From Sumerlaeia bacterium (GTDB taxonomy: Bacteria; Sumerlaeota; Sumerlaeia; SLMS01; JAHLLQ01): a DNA stretch of 64,000 nt. The position numbers were made by a program, and so were the translations under genes. The notes under the pieces are model-generated. The model had not been told where the DNA came from. It saw nothing but the letters and a program-made list of their open reading frames with translations, and ran no database searches. Shown here in pieces: positions 31,352 through 40,812 of the stretch (position 1 is its first letter; the number at the start of each line of letters is the position of its first letter). Location: contig JAVJSW010000012.1 of assembly GCA_040219255.1 (NCBI GenBank), positions 64,001-128,000 on the forward strand, read 5' to 3'.

Positions 31352-31519
31352 GGCAACCACACCTTCCGGGCGACTGGCATCACAGCGTTTATGGACAACG
31401 GAGGGCGCCTCGAAGACGCGGCCGCCATCGCGGCCCACGAATCGACCCGCACGACGATGCTCTACGACCGCACGGGGGAGAAGGTGACCTTGGATAAGAT
31501 CGAGCGGGTGCGGATATAA
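31352..31519 (+). pseudogene. C-terminal remnant of a tyrosine recombinase
   Basis: GNHTFRATGIT (HxxR), AAH, TTMLYDR (catalytic Tyr), IERVRI; N-terminal part missing. Confidence 0.85.
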
Positions 31520-31757
31520 CGTCCGTCAAGGCGACAGGGATCCCGCCCGGCGACCCGGCGGGCCGAATCGGGCTGAGGCCGCGCAGCGTCATGGTCAGAA
31601 GTTCGTCGTCCGCCAGGTCTTCTGCCAAGAGCATGACACTTCCAGCCAAGCCATGCCCGATGCCAGATTGATCGTTGCTCAGGCGTAAAATGCCAGTGCG
31701 AAATTCGGGGGCGACTCCGCTGACGAGGGGTAATTCATCGGGGCGGTCGTCGACGAC
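31520..31757 (-). pseudogene. Start-less fragment resembling the pre-toxin region at 33400-33640
   Basis: Open frame VVDDRPDE...GILRLSND.SGIGHGL...LRGLSPI..GSPGGIPVALTD aligns by eye with GIGRLALD..GGGHGL...MRLLSKI...AQGPIPVPLTD. Confidence 0.5.
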
Positions 31758-31771
31758 TCAGCCTCCTTGAT

Positions 31772-32806
31772 TTAGCTATCCCCGTCTATTCGAGGCAACT
31801 CGTAGACCAGCAGTTCCTTGTCGGCTGTAGGGACAACGAAGTGATGCTGGAGGAAGATCGCCGGGGCCACAATATGCTTTTCCTCCCTCCAGCAAGAAAC
31901 GAGTTTTCCACTGCGTCTCTCGAAGAGAGCCAACTCCGATCCGATTTCTGCCCCTAGGAGGAAGTCGTCATTGGCGCTGATACAGTGATATACCCTCTGA
32001 TGAGTCAGATATTGCTTCAGAACAATATACTCCCGTACAATACCCTCCGGACCAAATTGCATAATCTTGCTAGTTGACCCTATGTATAATGACTCGCCGA
32101 TCCTACGAAACATGGAAAAACCCTTCGGCAAGGACATTTGCCACTTGACAAAAAGATCATCGACGGAAATCGCTGTTAACGTTGGCTGGGATTTCTCGTT
32201 GTAGGGAACAGACACGATATACAAGTAACCCTCATGGACTATAAAGTCATACGACTTTCCGACTTCATAGACATTTCTTGTGACAATTTTTCCATCCCTG
32301 TCTATCGGGCCGAAGTGAACGGATGACTTATAGTCTCCGGCACGGGAAACGACCATGACACCTCTGTGGGTGTGAAAGGCTCTGATGAATTGGGTTCTGT
32401 CGTCTGACCAAAGCTCCTCAGGACGTGAGGAAGGGAGGATTTTGTACAGACGACTGACATACGTCACTTTTATTATTGTAAGGAAGAAGACTGTGTCGCC
32501 AATGCTCCAAGAATCTTCAAGTATCTCATCCTCACGCAGGTCATTCTTGGAGACCACAAATTCCAGCCTCCCCTCCCGGACAGCATAATACGAGTTATCA
32601 GTATTCAAAACGTAGCATGACTCCTGGTTCTTAACGACCACACCGCGCGATTCATAGTTGATAAGCTTGGACATCGAAACGCCAGTGTCATCTTCTTTCA
32701 AAAAATATGAGCCCGTGCTATTATTAATTATAGGTACTACTGAAGCTTCGCCAACTACTTGCCTCGTAAACCTTGCATCAGATCGTATAATGTGCTTAAT
32801 CTTCAT
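31772..32806 (-). CDS. AT-rich beta-strand-rich (beta-propeller-like) protein, candidate immunity protein
   Basis: Visibly more AT-rich than its flanks; ATG at 32806 overlaps the end of the upstream toxin-like ORF (32815 and 32851 are alternative starts). Confidence 0.7.
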   Translation of the reverse strand: MKIKHIIRSDARFTRQVVGEASVVPIINNSTGSYFLKEDDTGVSMSKLINYESRGVVVKNQESCYVLNTDNSYYAVREGRLEFVVSKNDLREDEILEDSWSIGDTVFFLTIIKVTYVSRLYKILPSSRPEELWSDDRTQFIRAFHTHRGVMVVSRAGDYKSSVHFGPIDRDGKIVTRNVYEVGKSYDFIVHEGYLYIVSVPYNEKSQPTLTAISVDDLFVKWQMSLPKGFSMFRRIGESLYIGSTSKIMQFGPEGIVREYIVLKQYLTHQRVYHCISANDDFLLGAEIGSELALFERRSGKLVSCWREEKHIVAPAIFLQHHFVVPTADKELLVYELPRIDGDS

Positions 32807-33641
32807 AACTGACATTTCCTTGCATACTTGGTGGAATTGAGTGATTTCCATTTCTGTACAGAAATATCACATCTCCTCCAAAAGTAGCATCGCCTAAAGC
32901 AATGCCTTGTCTTACCGCGTTCTCAATGGCGATTCGATCAGAATCCGAGTAGACTCTACTGAAAACATAATAGTACTTACGGCCAGCTCCAAAGACATCC
33001 ACATAGTTTTCACCATGCCTCTCGGCCTGCTCCTTCAGTCTTTCCAAATCCGGAACTCCCTCATGGTTCTTATACTCATACAAGTCGGCACCATGCGCAA
33101 TCACATCCATTTTCTGACTATCCGCGAGAATTGCAACATCTCCCGGAGCAAACCTCTGCCGCACATCCCATGCCTCGAAGTAATAGCCCTTCAAATGCCC
33201 CGGGGTGTTCCCCGCCAGGGCGATCCAGTTGGTGAAGTTGTTGTACTCGTGCATGTCGCCGATGACTTCCAGGCCATCTGTCACATCGAAATTCGATACC
33301 CCGAACATCCGTTTCATGACGTTATCGACCTTGGTCTCTCCGATTGCGACGTCCCCTGAAGCTTCAAACACCGCCAGCATTTTGACCACGTTTTTCGCCG
33401 CGTGATCGGTAAGCGGCACCGGGATGGGGCCTTGGGCGGCTCAGTGGAGGTGGATTTTCGACAGGAGCCTCATGCCGAGTCGGAAGCTTTCCTGCCGACC
33501 GGACGCTTGCCCGTACTCTTTCCAAAGATCGAACAGCGTGTCAAGAAGGCCGTGCCCGCCGCCGTCGGCGCCGGGATCGAGCGCCAAGCGGCCAATGCCA
33601 AGGAGCGCGTTGTGTTCTCCCGTTGCAAGTTCGGAAGGCAT
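32796..33641 (-). pseudogene. Polymorphic-toxin C-terminal cassette with PD-(D/E)xK nuclease-like tip; in-frame TGA at 33441-33443
   Basis: KGYYFE...KMDVI...LYEYK (E..D..ExK); track ORFs 33441..33641 and 32796..33419 share one frame. Confidence 0.65.
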
Positions 33642-33701
33642 ACGAGCGATTTCCTGCAGAAGACTCGCTGCCTCCGAAATTGGCCGGTCGCCCCTGTTAC
33701 A

Positions 33702-34571
33702 TTATCCCCCCGTCCGCCCGCTCTTCGAAAACTCATGCGTAATCGGCGCGAACGGCGTTCCGAGGTCGATGTCGCCGGTCAGGTCGTAGCTCGCCTGGCC
33801 GCTTTTCATCATGTTGAAGGCCGCGAGGCCGAGGTCCATGGGGCGGACGCTGAAGGGGATTTCGAGGGTTTGTTCGCCGCCGGCTTCGAAGTTGGCCGCG
33901 TCGCGCAGGGAGCCCTTGGCCACCGACGTCCCCGAGAGTTTCAGGTCGTAGCCCATCTGCGCCAGCGAGGCGGCGAATTCGTTGGTGTTTTTGACTTTGA
34001 GCTTCAGCACGCCGTCGGCGTTCGCGAGCGAGAGGTTTTCCCAGGCGACGTCCTCGACGGTGACTTCGGGGGCGGCGGGCACGGGCAGCTCGCCCTTCTT
34101 TTCGATGGGCAGCCGGATGGGGTCGCCGCCGGAGGGGTTCGTCATCGAGAGGTCGAAGTTGGCGCGGTAGGGCAAGACCTGGCCGGGGCGGACACCCTGC
34201 ACGGCGGTCAGCAGTTCCTGGAACCCGATGGTGAGCGGCAGTTCGACGGTGCGGGTGCCTTTGGCGGGCACGGTGCCGGTCAGTTTCTGGGCGCCCTGGA
34301 AGACGCTGGTGTCGCTGCCGCCAGCGGCCAGGCCATAGGTCACGTCGGTCAGGGGCAGCGCGAAGCCGTAGGGGTTTTCGATTTCGACGTCGAAGAGCAT
34401 GGTGGCGCTCTGCTGCGAGAGGTCCTGGAATTTGGCGCCCTTGACGGAGGCGCTGGGTTTCGGGGCGGATTTGACGACGTCGCCGAGGACGCCCTGCATT
34501 TCCGCGCAGCCGCTGAGGCCGAGGCCCGCGAGGGCCATCAGGCCCGGGAAGAGGATCGCTCGTAGATTCAT
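33702..34571 (-). CDS. LEA type 2 (WHy) tandem-domain lipoprotein
   Basis: Lipobox LSGC; VEIENPYGFALP and KVKNTNEF repeats. Confidence 0.88.
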   Translation of the reverse strand: MNLRAILFPGLMALAGLGLSGCAEMQGVLGDVVKSAPKPSASVKGAKFQDLSQQSATMLFDVEIENPYGFALPLTDVTYGLAAGGSDTSVFQGAQKLTGTVPAKGTRTVELPLTIGFQELLTAVQGVRPGQVLPYRANFDLSMTNPSGGDPIRLPIEKKGELPVPAAPEVTVEDVAWENLSLANADGVLKLKVKNTNEFAASLAQMGYDLKLSGTSVAKGSLRDAANFEAGGEQTLEIPFSVRPMDLGLAAFNMMKSGQASYDLTGDIDLGTPFAPITHEFSKSGRTGG

Positions 34572-34683
34572 GGGTCGGTCTCCGTTTTGGTTATTTCTAC
34601 AGCCTGCCGGCCTGCGAATGTCGGGCCGTACCGGAGGGAAGGACAATGCCAGAGTGCGCGCCGGTTCCCCCGCAGAGGCCAGA

Positions 34684-34699
34684 TGGCACGCTCTTCTCT
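34684..34699 (+). promoter_or_regulatory. Sigma54-like promoter variant, copy 1
   Basis: TGGCACG-CTCT-TCTCT, 65 nt upstream of ATG 34765. Confidence 0.55.
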
Positions 34700-34764
34700 T
34701 GTCCCTTGCAATCGGACCGCTCTTGATAAAAGAACACTCTGACTTTCGAACCTAAGGAAACTCC

Positions 34765-35784
34765 ATGACTTTTTCTTCCACGCAGCGCCCGGCCCTTCGG
34801 CTGATGGCCGCCGCCGCTTGCTTCGCCGTCCTCGGCGCCACCGCCGCCGAGGCTCAGGACGGCGAGAAGTACCAGCTTCGTTACAACCTCTCGCAGGGCG
34901 AGAGCTATGACTCCAGCGTCTCCACCGAGCAGGTCATCAGCCAGGAGATGATGGGCCAGAAGAGCGTCACCACCCAGAAGCTCGATCTGGCCTCTGGCGC
35001 CTCTGTGGCCGAGGTCGCCGAGGACGGCACGCAAGACATCCGTTACATCTTCGAGCGAGTTCAGGGCAGCGTCGAGGGCGACGCCATGTCGATGACCTTC
35101 GACTCTGACAACGCAGACGAAGAACCGTCCGGCCCCATGGCCGCGCTGTTCACCTCGCTGGTCGACAAGCCTCTGATCGTCTCCATCGAACCCGACGGCG
35201 ACGTGGCGGGCATCGAAGGCTTTGGCGCCGTGATCGACGATGTGATCGAAAACGCCGGAATCCCCGACGAGCAGATGAAAGCCCGCGTCCGCTCTCAGCT
35301 CCAGGACCAGTTCAGTGACGACATGCTCAAGGAAATCATCCTCGGCGCGGTCTTCTCCTACCCCGCCGACGCCATGGCGGTGGGTGATTCCTGGACTTCC
35401 GACGGCTCGGAAAGCGTCGCCTTCCCCGTTCAGATGACCGATACTTACACGCTGGAAAGCGTCGCCGACGGCGTCGCCACGATCAAGGTGTCCTCCGACA
35501 TCGTGCCCCTGCCCGACCGCCAGGCCCAGGCCATGGGCCAGATGCTGGTGGACGTGGCCCTGACCGGCACAAAGACGGGCAAGCTGATGGTTGACCTGAA
35601 GTCTGGACTCGTGACCTCGGGCGAGACGTCGATGGACCTCTCCGGCGAAATCAACGCCCAGATGGGCATGCCCAACGCCCAGGGCGAGTCCGAGACGATG
35701 ACCATCCCGATGTCCGTTAAGAGCAACACCACCGTCAGCAACAAGATGGTTGCCGCTTCCGAGGCCACCAAGACCGCCTCCTAA
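34765..35784 (+). CDS. Secreted protein, DUF6263-like
   Basis: Signal peptide AEA; YQLRYNL..G, FDSD, YP...VGDSW, D.KSGLV; AAGGA RBS. Confidence 0.75.
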   Translation: MTFSSTQRPALRLMAAAACFAVLGATAAEAQDGEKYQLRYNLSQGESYDSSVSTEQVISQEMMGQKSVTTQKLDLASGASVAEVAEDGTQDIRYIFERVQGSVEGDAMSMTFDSDNADEEPSGPMAALFTSLVDKPLIVSIEPDGDVAGIEGFGAVIDDVIENAGIPDEQMKARVRSQLQDQFSDDMLKEIILGAVFSYPADAMAVGDSWTSDGSESVAFPVQMTDTYTLESVADGVATIKVSSDIVPLPDRQAQAMGQMLVDVALTGTKTGKLMVDLKSGLVTSGETSMDLSGEINAQMGMPNAQGESETMTIPMSVKSNTTVSNKMVAASEATKTAS

Positions 35785-35852
35785 GCGGCACGGCGCGCGA
35801 CGCGCTTCCCCCCCGCCGGCAAGAATCTCTCCCGACAGAAACCCTCAGGGCG

Positions 35853-36833
35853 ATGACCCACTCCGATCCTCCTCCGCGGGAGGCCACCGCGCCTCCCGCC
35901 GCTCCCGCTCCCCCGCCGCCCTCCGTTTCCGTTGTCGTGCTGGCTTACAACAGCGCAGCCTTCCTTCCCATCTGCCTCGACGAACTCGGCCGCAGCCAAG
36001 GCGTGACCTTGGAAGTCATCGTCGTGGACAACGCCTCGGCGGATGATTCGCACGCCATCGCTCAGGCCCACCCGGCCGTGGATCGAGCCCTCCGCAGCGA
36101 GAAGAATCTCGGCTGCGCGGGCGGAAACAACCTGGGCTGGCGCGCGGCGAGCCATCCCCTCGTGGTGTTCCTCAACCCCGATTGCGCGGTGGACCGCCTG
36201 GCCGTGGCGCGGCTGGTGGCGCCTCTGATCGAGGACCCGGCGGTGGGTCTGACGGGGGCTAAGCTCTATTATCCCAACAGTCGAAGGCTCCAGCACGCGG
36301 GCGGCATCCTCTACACCAACGCGATGTGCGAACATCACGGGATGGGCAAAGAAGACCATGGCGAGTGGGACGATGTCTCGGATGTGGACTACGTCACCGG
36401 CGCCTTCATCGCCGTGCGCCGTGCCGATCTCGAGGCCCTCGGCGGGTTCGACGAGGAATACTGGCCCGCCTACTACGAAGAAACAGACCTCTGCACGCGG
36501 CTGCGGCGCTCCGCCAAGGCCGTGCGCTTCGTGCCCGCGGCGGTCGGTTGGCACTGGGAAAGCGTCGGCCTGGGCATCGAGAGCCCGCGCTTCATCCGCA
36601 CCAGCTACCGCGCGCGCATGACCTATGTGGTGAAGAACGCGACGGCGGGCTGGTTTATGACCCGCTTTCTTCCCTTCGAAGTTCGTTGGTTTTGCGGGCC
36701 TTACGCCCGGGGCTATCGCTGGGCAACAATTTGCAGCTACGCCCATGGCGTCCGATTTGCTCTCTTCTGCCTTTCCCGGTTCCGCCGCCGGCCGCGCGCG
36801 AACCCACCCCGCCTTTCACGGACGGTCTCTTGA
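35853..36833 (+). CDS. Glycosyltransferase family 2
   Basis: VVVLAYNS, VVDNASAD, NLGCAGGNN, FLNPD, YYEETDLC. Confidence 0.93.
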   Translation: MTHSDPPPREATAPPAAPAPPPPSVSVVVLAYNSAAFLPICLDELGRSQGVTLEVIVVDNASADDSHAIAQAHPAVDRALRSEKNLGCAGGNNLGWRAASHPLVVFLNPDCAVDRLAVARLVAPLIEDPAVGLTGAKLYYPNSRRLQHAGGILYTNAMCEHHGMGKEDHGEWDDVSDVDYVTGAFIAVRRADLEALGGFDEEYWPAYYEETDLCTRLRRSAKAVRFVPAAVGWHWESVGLGIESPRFIRTSYRARMTYVVKNATAGWFMTRFLPFEVRWFCGPYARGYRWATICSYAHGVRFALFCLSRFRRRPRANPPRLSRTVS

Positions 36834-38590
36834 AAGCCCTTCTCGCTCTTAAAGTCTATCTCGTCAAGTATCGGTGGCGCTTCCTTTTCGGCATCGTCTT
36901 CGTTTTCTTCGCCAACTACTTCTCGGCCAAGGTGCCCGTGTACGCCGGCAAAGCGATCAACGGAATCACCGACCGTGCCACTTTGATGCAGGAACTCCGC
37001 GACGCCGCCTTGCTCCTGGTCTGCATCGCGGGGCTCGGCGGGGCCTTCCGCTACTTGATGCGCCGCGTCCTGATCGATACCAGTCGCGACATCGAATTCG
37101 ACTTCCGCAACGACATCTACAAGAAGCTCCAGTCCCTCGACGCCACTTTCTACGATGGCAACAACACCGGCGATATCATGTCGCGCATGACCAACGATCT
37201 CGACATGATCCGCATGGTTCTGGGCCCGGCGATCATGTACACGGCGAACACGATTTTCGTGCTGCCGATCGTGCTCATTCAGATGTTCCGCCTCAACTGG
37301 CAGGTCACCGTGGCGGGCCTGATGCCGCTCGTGCTGCTGCCCGCGCTGGTCAAGATCTTCGGCGCCCGCCTCCACCACGGCTATCGCGCCCAGCAGGACG
37401 CCCTCGGCGATCTGACCACCTACACCCAGGAATCCCTCGCCGGAATCCGGGTCGTGAAGGCTTACGCGCAGGAGCAAAACCAGGAGCGCAAGTTCGACGC
37501 GGAAAACGACCACTACATCAAGGTCTCCCTCGACCTCGCCAAGACGCTGGCCTACTTCCGCCCGGCGATTCAGCTCATCGCTGGCAGCGGCCTCGCCATC
37601 ATCCTCGTGGTGGGCGCGCGCCAGATCATGGCGGGCTCGCTCGATTACGGCGACCTGACGGCGCTGCTGCTGCTCTTCGGCATGCTGGTCTGGCCCATGA
37701 TCGCCGCGGGGTGGGTGATCAACCTGTACCAGCGCGCCAACTCCGCCATGGAACGCATCGCTGGAATCACGGAAGCCAAGTCGATGGTCGGCGATTCGCC
37801 CACCGCCGTCTCCGCCGCCGATTTGCCCGGCGACCTCGACGTCGAATTCCGCGATCTGACCTTCGCCTATCCCGGCGCCGAGGAAGAACCGGTTCTCAAA
37901 AACATCACCCTCAAGATCCCGTCGGGCACCACCCTGGGCATCATCGGCCGCGTCGGCGCGGGCAAGAGCACCCTCGTCCATCTGCTGCTGCGCCTCTATC
38001 CGGTCGAGCGGGGCCAGCTCTTCCTTGGCGGCATCGACATCAATGACTGGCCCCTGGCCGAGCTGCGGCGCCGCGTCGCCATCGTGTTCCAGGAAACCTT
38101 CCTCTTCAGCGACACGCTCTCGGAAAACATCCGCTTCGGCGCGCTGAGTGAACTGACCCAGGAGCAAATCGAAGACGCCGCCCGCCAGGCCAACGTTCAC
38201 GACGACATCGCCGGTTTCCCCAAGGGCTACGAGACGATGCTCGGCGAGCGCGGCATCAACCTCTCCGGTGGCCAGAAACAGCGCACCGCCATCGCCCGCG
38301 CCCTGGTGCGCGATTCTTCGCTGCTGATCCTCGATGACGCCCTCTCGGCGGTCGATACGCAGACCGAGGAGCAAATCCTCGGGCACCTGGAAACGGTGAT
38401 GGCGAACCGCAGTGTTTTCCTGATTTCCCATCGCATCTCAACGGTCTCGATGGCCGATCACATTATCGTTCTGGAGGACGGAGTCATCACCGCCCAAGGC
38501 CGCCACGAAAGCCTCCTCGCCCAGCCCGGTCTCTATACCGAGTTGCACCGCAAGCAACTCCTCGAAGAGGAGGTGGAAGCCATTGGCTAA
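36830..38590 (+). CDS. ABC exporter ATP-binding/permease subunit 1 (YheI-like)
   Basis: TM domain, GRVGAGKST, LSGGQKQR, non-canonical Walker B ILDDALSAVD; TTG start overlaps the GT2 stop. Confidence 0.93.
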   Translation: MKALLALKVYLVKYRWRFLFGIVFVFFANYFSAKVPVYAGKAINGITDRATLMQELRDAALLLVCIAGLGGAFRYLMRRVLIDTSRDIEFDFRNDIYKKLQSLDATFYDGNNTGDIMSRMTNDLDMIRMVLGPAIMYTANTIFVLPIVLIQMFRLNWQVTVAGLMPLVLLPALVKIFGARLHHGYRAQQDALGDLTTYTQESLAGIRVVKAYAQEQNQERKFDAENDHYIKVSLDLAKTLAYFRPAIQLIAGSGLAIILVVGARQIMAGSLDYGDLTALLLLFGMLVWPMIAAGWVINLYQRANSAMERIAGITEAKSMVGDSPTAVSAADLPGDLDVEFRDLTFAYPGAEEEPVLKNITLKIPSGTTLGIIGRVGAGKSTLVHLLLRLYPVERGQLFLGGIDINDWPLAELRRRVAIVFQETFLFSDTLSENIRFGALSELTQEQIEDAARQANVHDDIAGFPKGYETMLGERGINLSGGQKQRTAIARALVRDSSLLILDDALSAVDTQTEEQILGHLETVMANRSVFLISHRISTVSMADHIIVLEDGVITAQGRHESLLAQPGLYTELHRKQLLEEEVEAIG

Positions 38591-40502
38591 GCCCGATTCG
38601 CACGCGCACGATCCGCAGGAAAACGCCGAAACCCCGGGAACGCAGGCGCCCCCCGCCCCCGGCACCGGCCATGGCCGCGTTCAGAACCCATCGCCTCAGG
38701 CCCGGCCACGCCGCGCCAAGAAGGCCGAGGTGGAGGAAGAAGCGCTCGAGTCCTTTGAAGACTGGACCCAGATCAAGCGCCTCGCGCGCTATCTCAAGCC
38801 CCGCAAAGGCGCCATCGCCCTCGCCGTCTTCCTTTCCATCATCATCGCCGGTTTGCAGCTCGCCCCCGGCCTGATGGTCAAACCCATCGTGGACGATTAC
38901 ATCGTGCCGGGCAACTGGACCGGCGTGATCTGGATGGCCGGGATCCTTCTCGTGATCTTCCTGGTCATGTTCGGCCTGCAAGTTTACACCGAATACCAGA
39001 TCGCCAAGATCGGCCAGCTCTCCATGCGCGATCTGCGCATGGACCTCTTCCGCCACATCAACAAGCAGGGCCTCGGCTTCTTCGACAAGCGCCCCGTCGG
39101 CTGGCTCATCACCCGCGTCACCAGCGACGTCAACGTCCTCAACGAACTCTTCGCCCAGGGCGTCGTGGGCATTTTCCAGCAGATGTTCATGCTCGTCGGC
39201 ATCGTCGTCGCGCTTCTGTTCTTGAACTGGCAACTCGCTCTCTGGACCTTCCTGGTGATCCCGGTGGTCATCGCGCTGTCGTGGTTTTTCCGCACCCGGG
39301 TCCGGCTCGGCTATCGCCTGACGAGGCTTCGGCTTTCGCGCCTCAACACCCACACCCAGGAAAACGTGACCGGTATGAAAACCGTTCACGCCAATACCCA
39401 GGAGCAACGCCAGTTCGGCCAGTTCGAACACCTCAACGATCTGCATCGCGACGCCCATTATCGCACAGTGTTCGCCTTCGCGACCTACTTTCCGGCCATC
39501 GAAGTCATTTCCGCCGTCGGCCTCGCGCTGATCGTCTGGCAGGGCGGCCACCAGTTCACCCTCCAGATGGTCACCGTCGGCGAACTCCTCGCCTTCGTGC
39601 TCCTTTTGGAACGCTTCTTCGCCCCGATCCGGGACCTGAGCGAAAAGTTCAATCTCGTTCAGTCCGCCATCGCCGCCAGCGAGCGCCTCTTCAAGATTTT
39701 CGACACCGCGCCCAAGATCAACGATCCCGAATCCCCCGCCGCCATGCCGATCAAGTCCGGCATGATCGAGTTCCGCGACGTCTGGTTCGCGTACAACGAT
39801 GAGGACTGGGTGCTGAAGGGCGTAAGTTTCAAAGTGCAACATGGGCAGAAAATCGCACTCGTTGGTCCTACTGGCTCGGGCAAAACTACAATGATGGCGC
39901 TGTTATGCCGTTTCTACGACATTCAGAAGGGCGAAATCCTGCTCGACGGTGTCAATATTCAACACCTGCCCCAGAAACAGTTGCGCCAGCGCATCGCTAT
40001 CGTGCTCCAGGACGTCTTCCTCTTCCGCGGCACGGTGCTCGACAACATCCGCCTCGGCGAGTCCGACGCGCGCATTAATGGGCAGCGCGCCGAAATGGTG
40101 GCCACGGCCGTCAACGCTCACACGTTCATCGAGCGCCTGCCCGGGGGCTACGACGCCAACGTCATGGAGCGGGGCGCCACTTTGTCCGTCGGCCAGAAGC
40201 AACTGCTCTCTTTCGCGCGGGCGCTGGCTTTCGATCCCGAGATTCTTGTCCTGGACGAAGCGACCTCGAACATCGACACGGAGACGGAGCATTTGATCCA
40301 GGCCGCCATGGAGCGGCTGGTGGAGGGCCGCACGTCGATGATTATCGCCCATCGTCTCTCGACGATACAATCCTGCGACCGTATTCTCGTGCTGCACCAT
40401 GGGCATTTGGTGGAAGAAGGATCGCATCAGGAGCTGCTGGGGCGCGACGGTCTCTATCGGCGTCTCTATGAGCTACAATATCGCGAGCAAGCCGCCGTTT
40501 AG
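38583..40502 (+). CDS. ABC exporter ATP-binding/permease subunit 2 (YheH-like)
   Basis: GPTGSGKTT, degenerate signature LSVGQKQ, LDEATS, IAHRLST; forms a heterodimeric pair with the upstream gene. Confidence 0.94.
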   Translation: MAKPDSHAHDPQENAETPGTQAPPAPGTGHGRVQNPSPQARPRRAKKAEVEEEALESFEDWTQIKRLARYLKPRKGAIALAVFLSIIIAGLQLAPGLMVKPIVDDYIVPGNWTGVIWMAGILLVIFLVMFGLQVYTEYQIAKIGQLSMRDLRMDLFRHINKQGLGFFDKRPVGWLITRVTSDVNVLNELFAQGVVGIFQQMFMLVGIVVALLFLNWQLALWTFLVIPVVIALSWFFRTRVRLGYRLTRLRLSRLNTHTQENVTGMKTVHANTQEQRQFGQFEHLNDLHRDAHYRTVFAFATYFPAIEVISAVGLALIVWQGGHQFTLQMVTVGELLAFVLLLERFFAPIRDLSEKFNLVQSAIAASERLFKIFDTAPKINDPESPAAMPIKSGMIEFRDVWFAYNDEDWVLKGVSFKVQHGQKIALVGPTGSGKTTMMALLCRFYDIQKGEILLDGVNIQHLPQKQLRQRIAIVLQDVFLFRGTVLDNIRLGESDARINGQRAEMVATAVNAHTFIERLPGGYDANVMERGATLSVGQKQLLSFARALAFDPEILVLDEATSNIDTETEHLIQAAMERLVEGRTSMIIAHRLSTIQSCDRILVLHHGHLVEEGSHQELLGRDGLYRRLYELQYREQAAV

Positions 40503-40786
40503 GGCCGGAATCTGGGCGAACGGGCGAGGCCTTCCCGGCCATGTCCTCGTCAAAACCTCGACAAATCCACCACTTTTGTCTTAGGTAAATGAGCGTACAC
40601 TTTTCCATTGCGGTTGCTGGCCCGATGTGTGCAACTGTTTGCCTTCGGTTGGGACGAAGCCCTTCACGTTGGCTCCAAAGTTGCGGCAATGACTCAGAAC
40701 CGGGACATTGCACCGCCTTTGGCCGGCAAAAAAGGGCTTGTGCCGGGACGGGCCGGGAACGCAGAGATTACAACCTTCGCCAAGAA

Positions 40787-40802
40787 TGGCACGGTTTTCT
40801 CT
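40787..40802 (+). promoter_or_regulatory. Sigma54-like promoter variant, copy 2
   Basis: TGGCACG-GTTT-TCTCT within a 777-bp intergenic region. Confidence 0.55.
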
Positions 40803-40812
40803 AACTCAGTTG

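Noticed and set aside
33441-33443. Selenocysteine or genetic-code reassignment at the in-frame TGA
   Set aside because: No Cys/redox context or evident SECIS, and TGA is a normal stop for many genes here (moaC, folP, ogt)
31178-33701. Prophage or intact integrative element
   Set aside because: Only a ~55-codon integrase remnant; no phage structural, replication or conjugation genes
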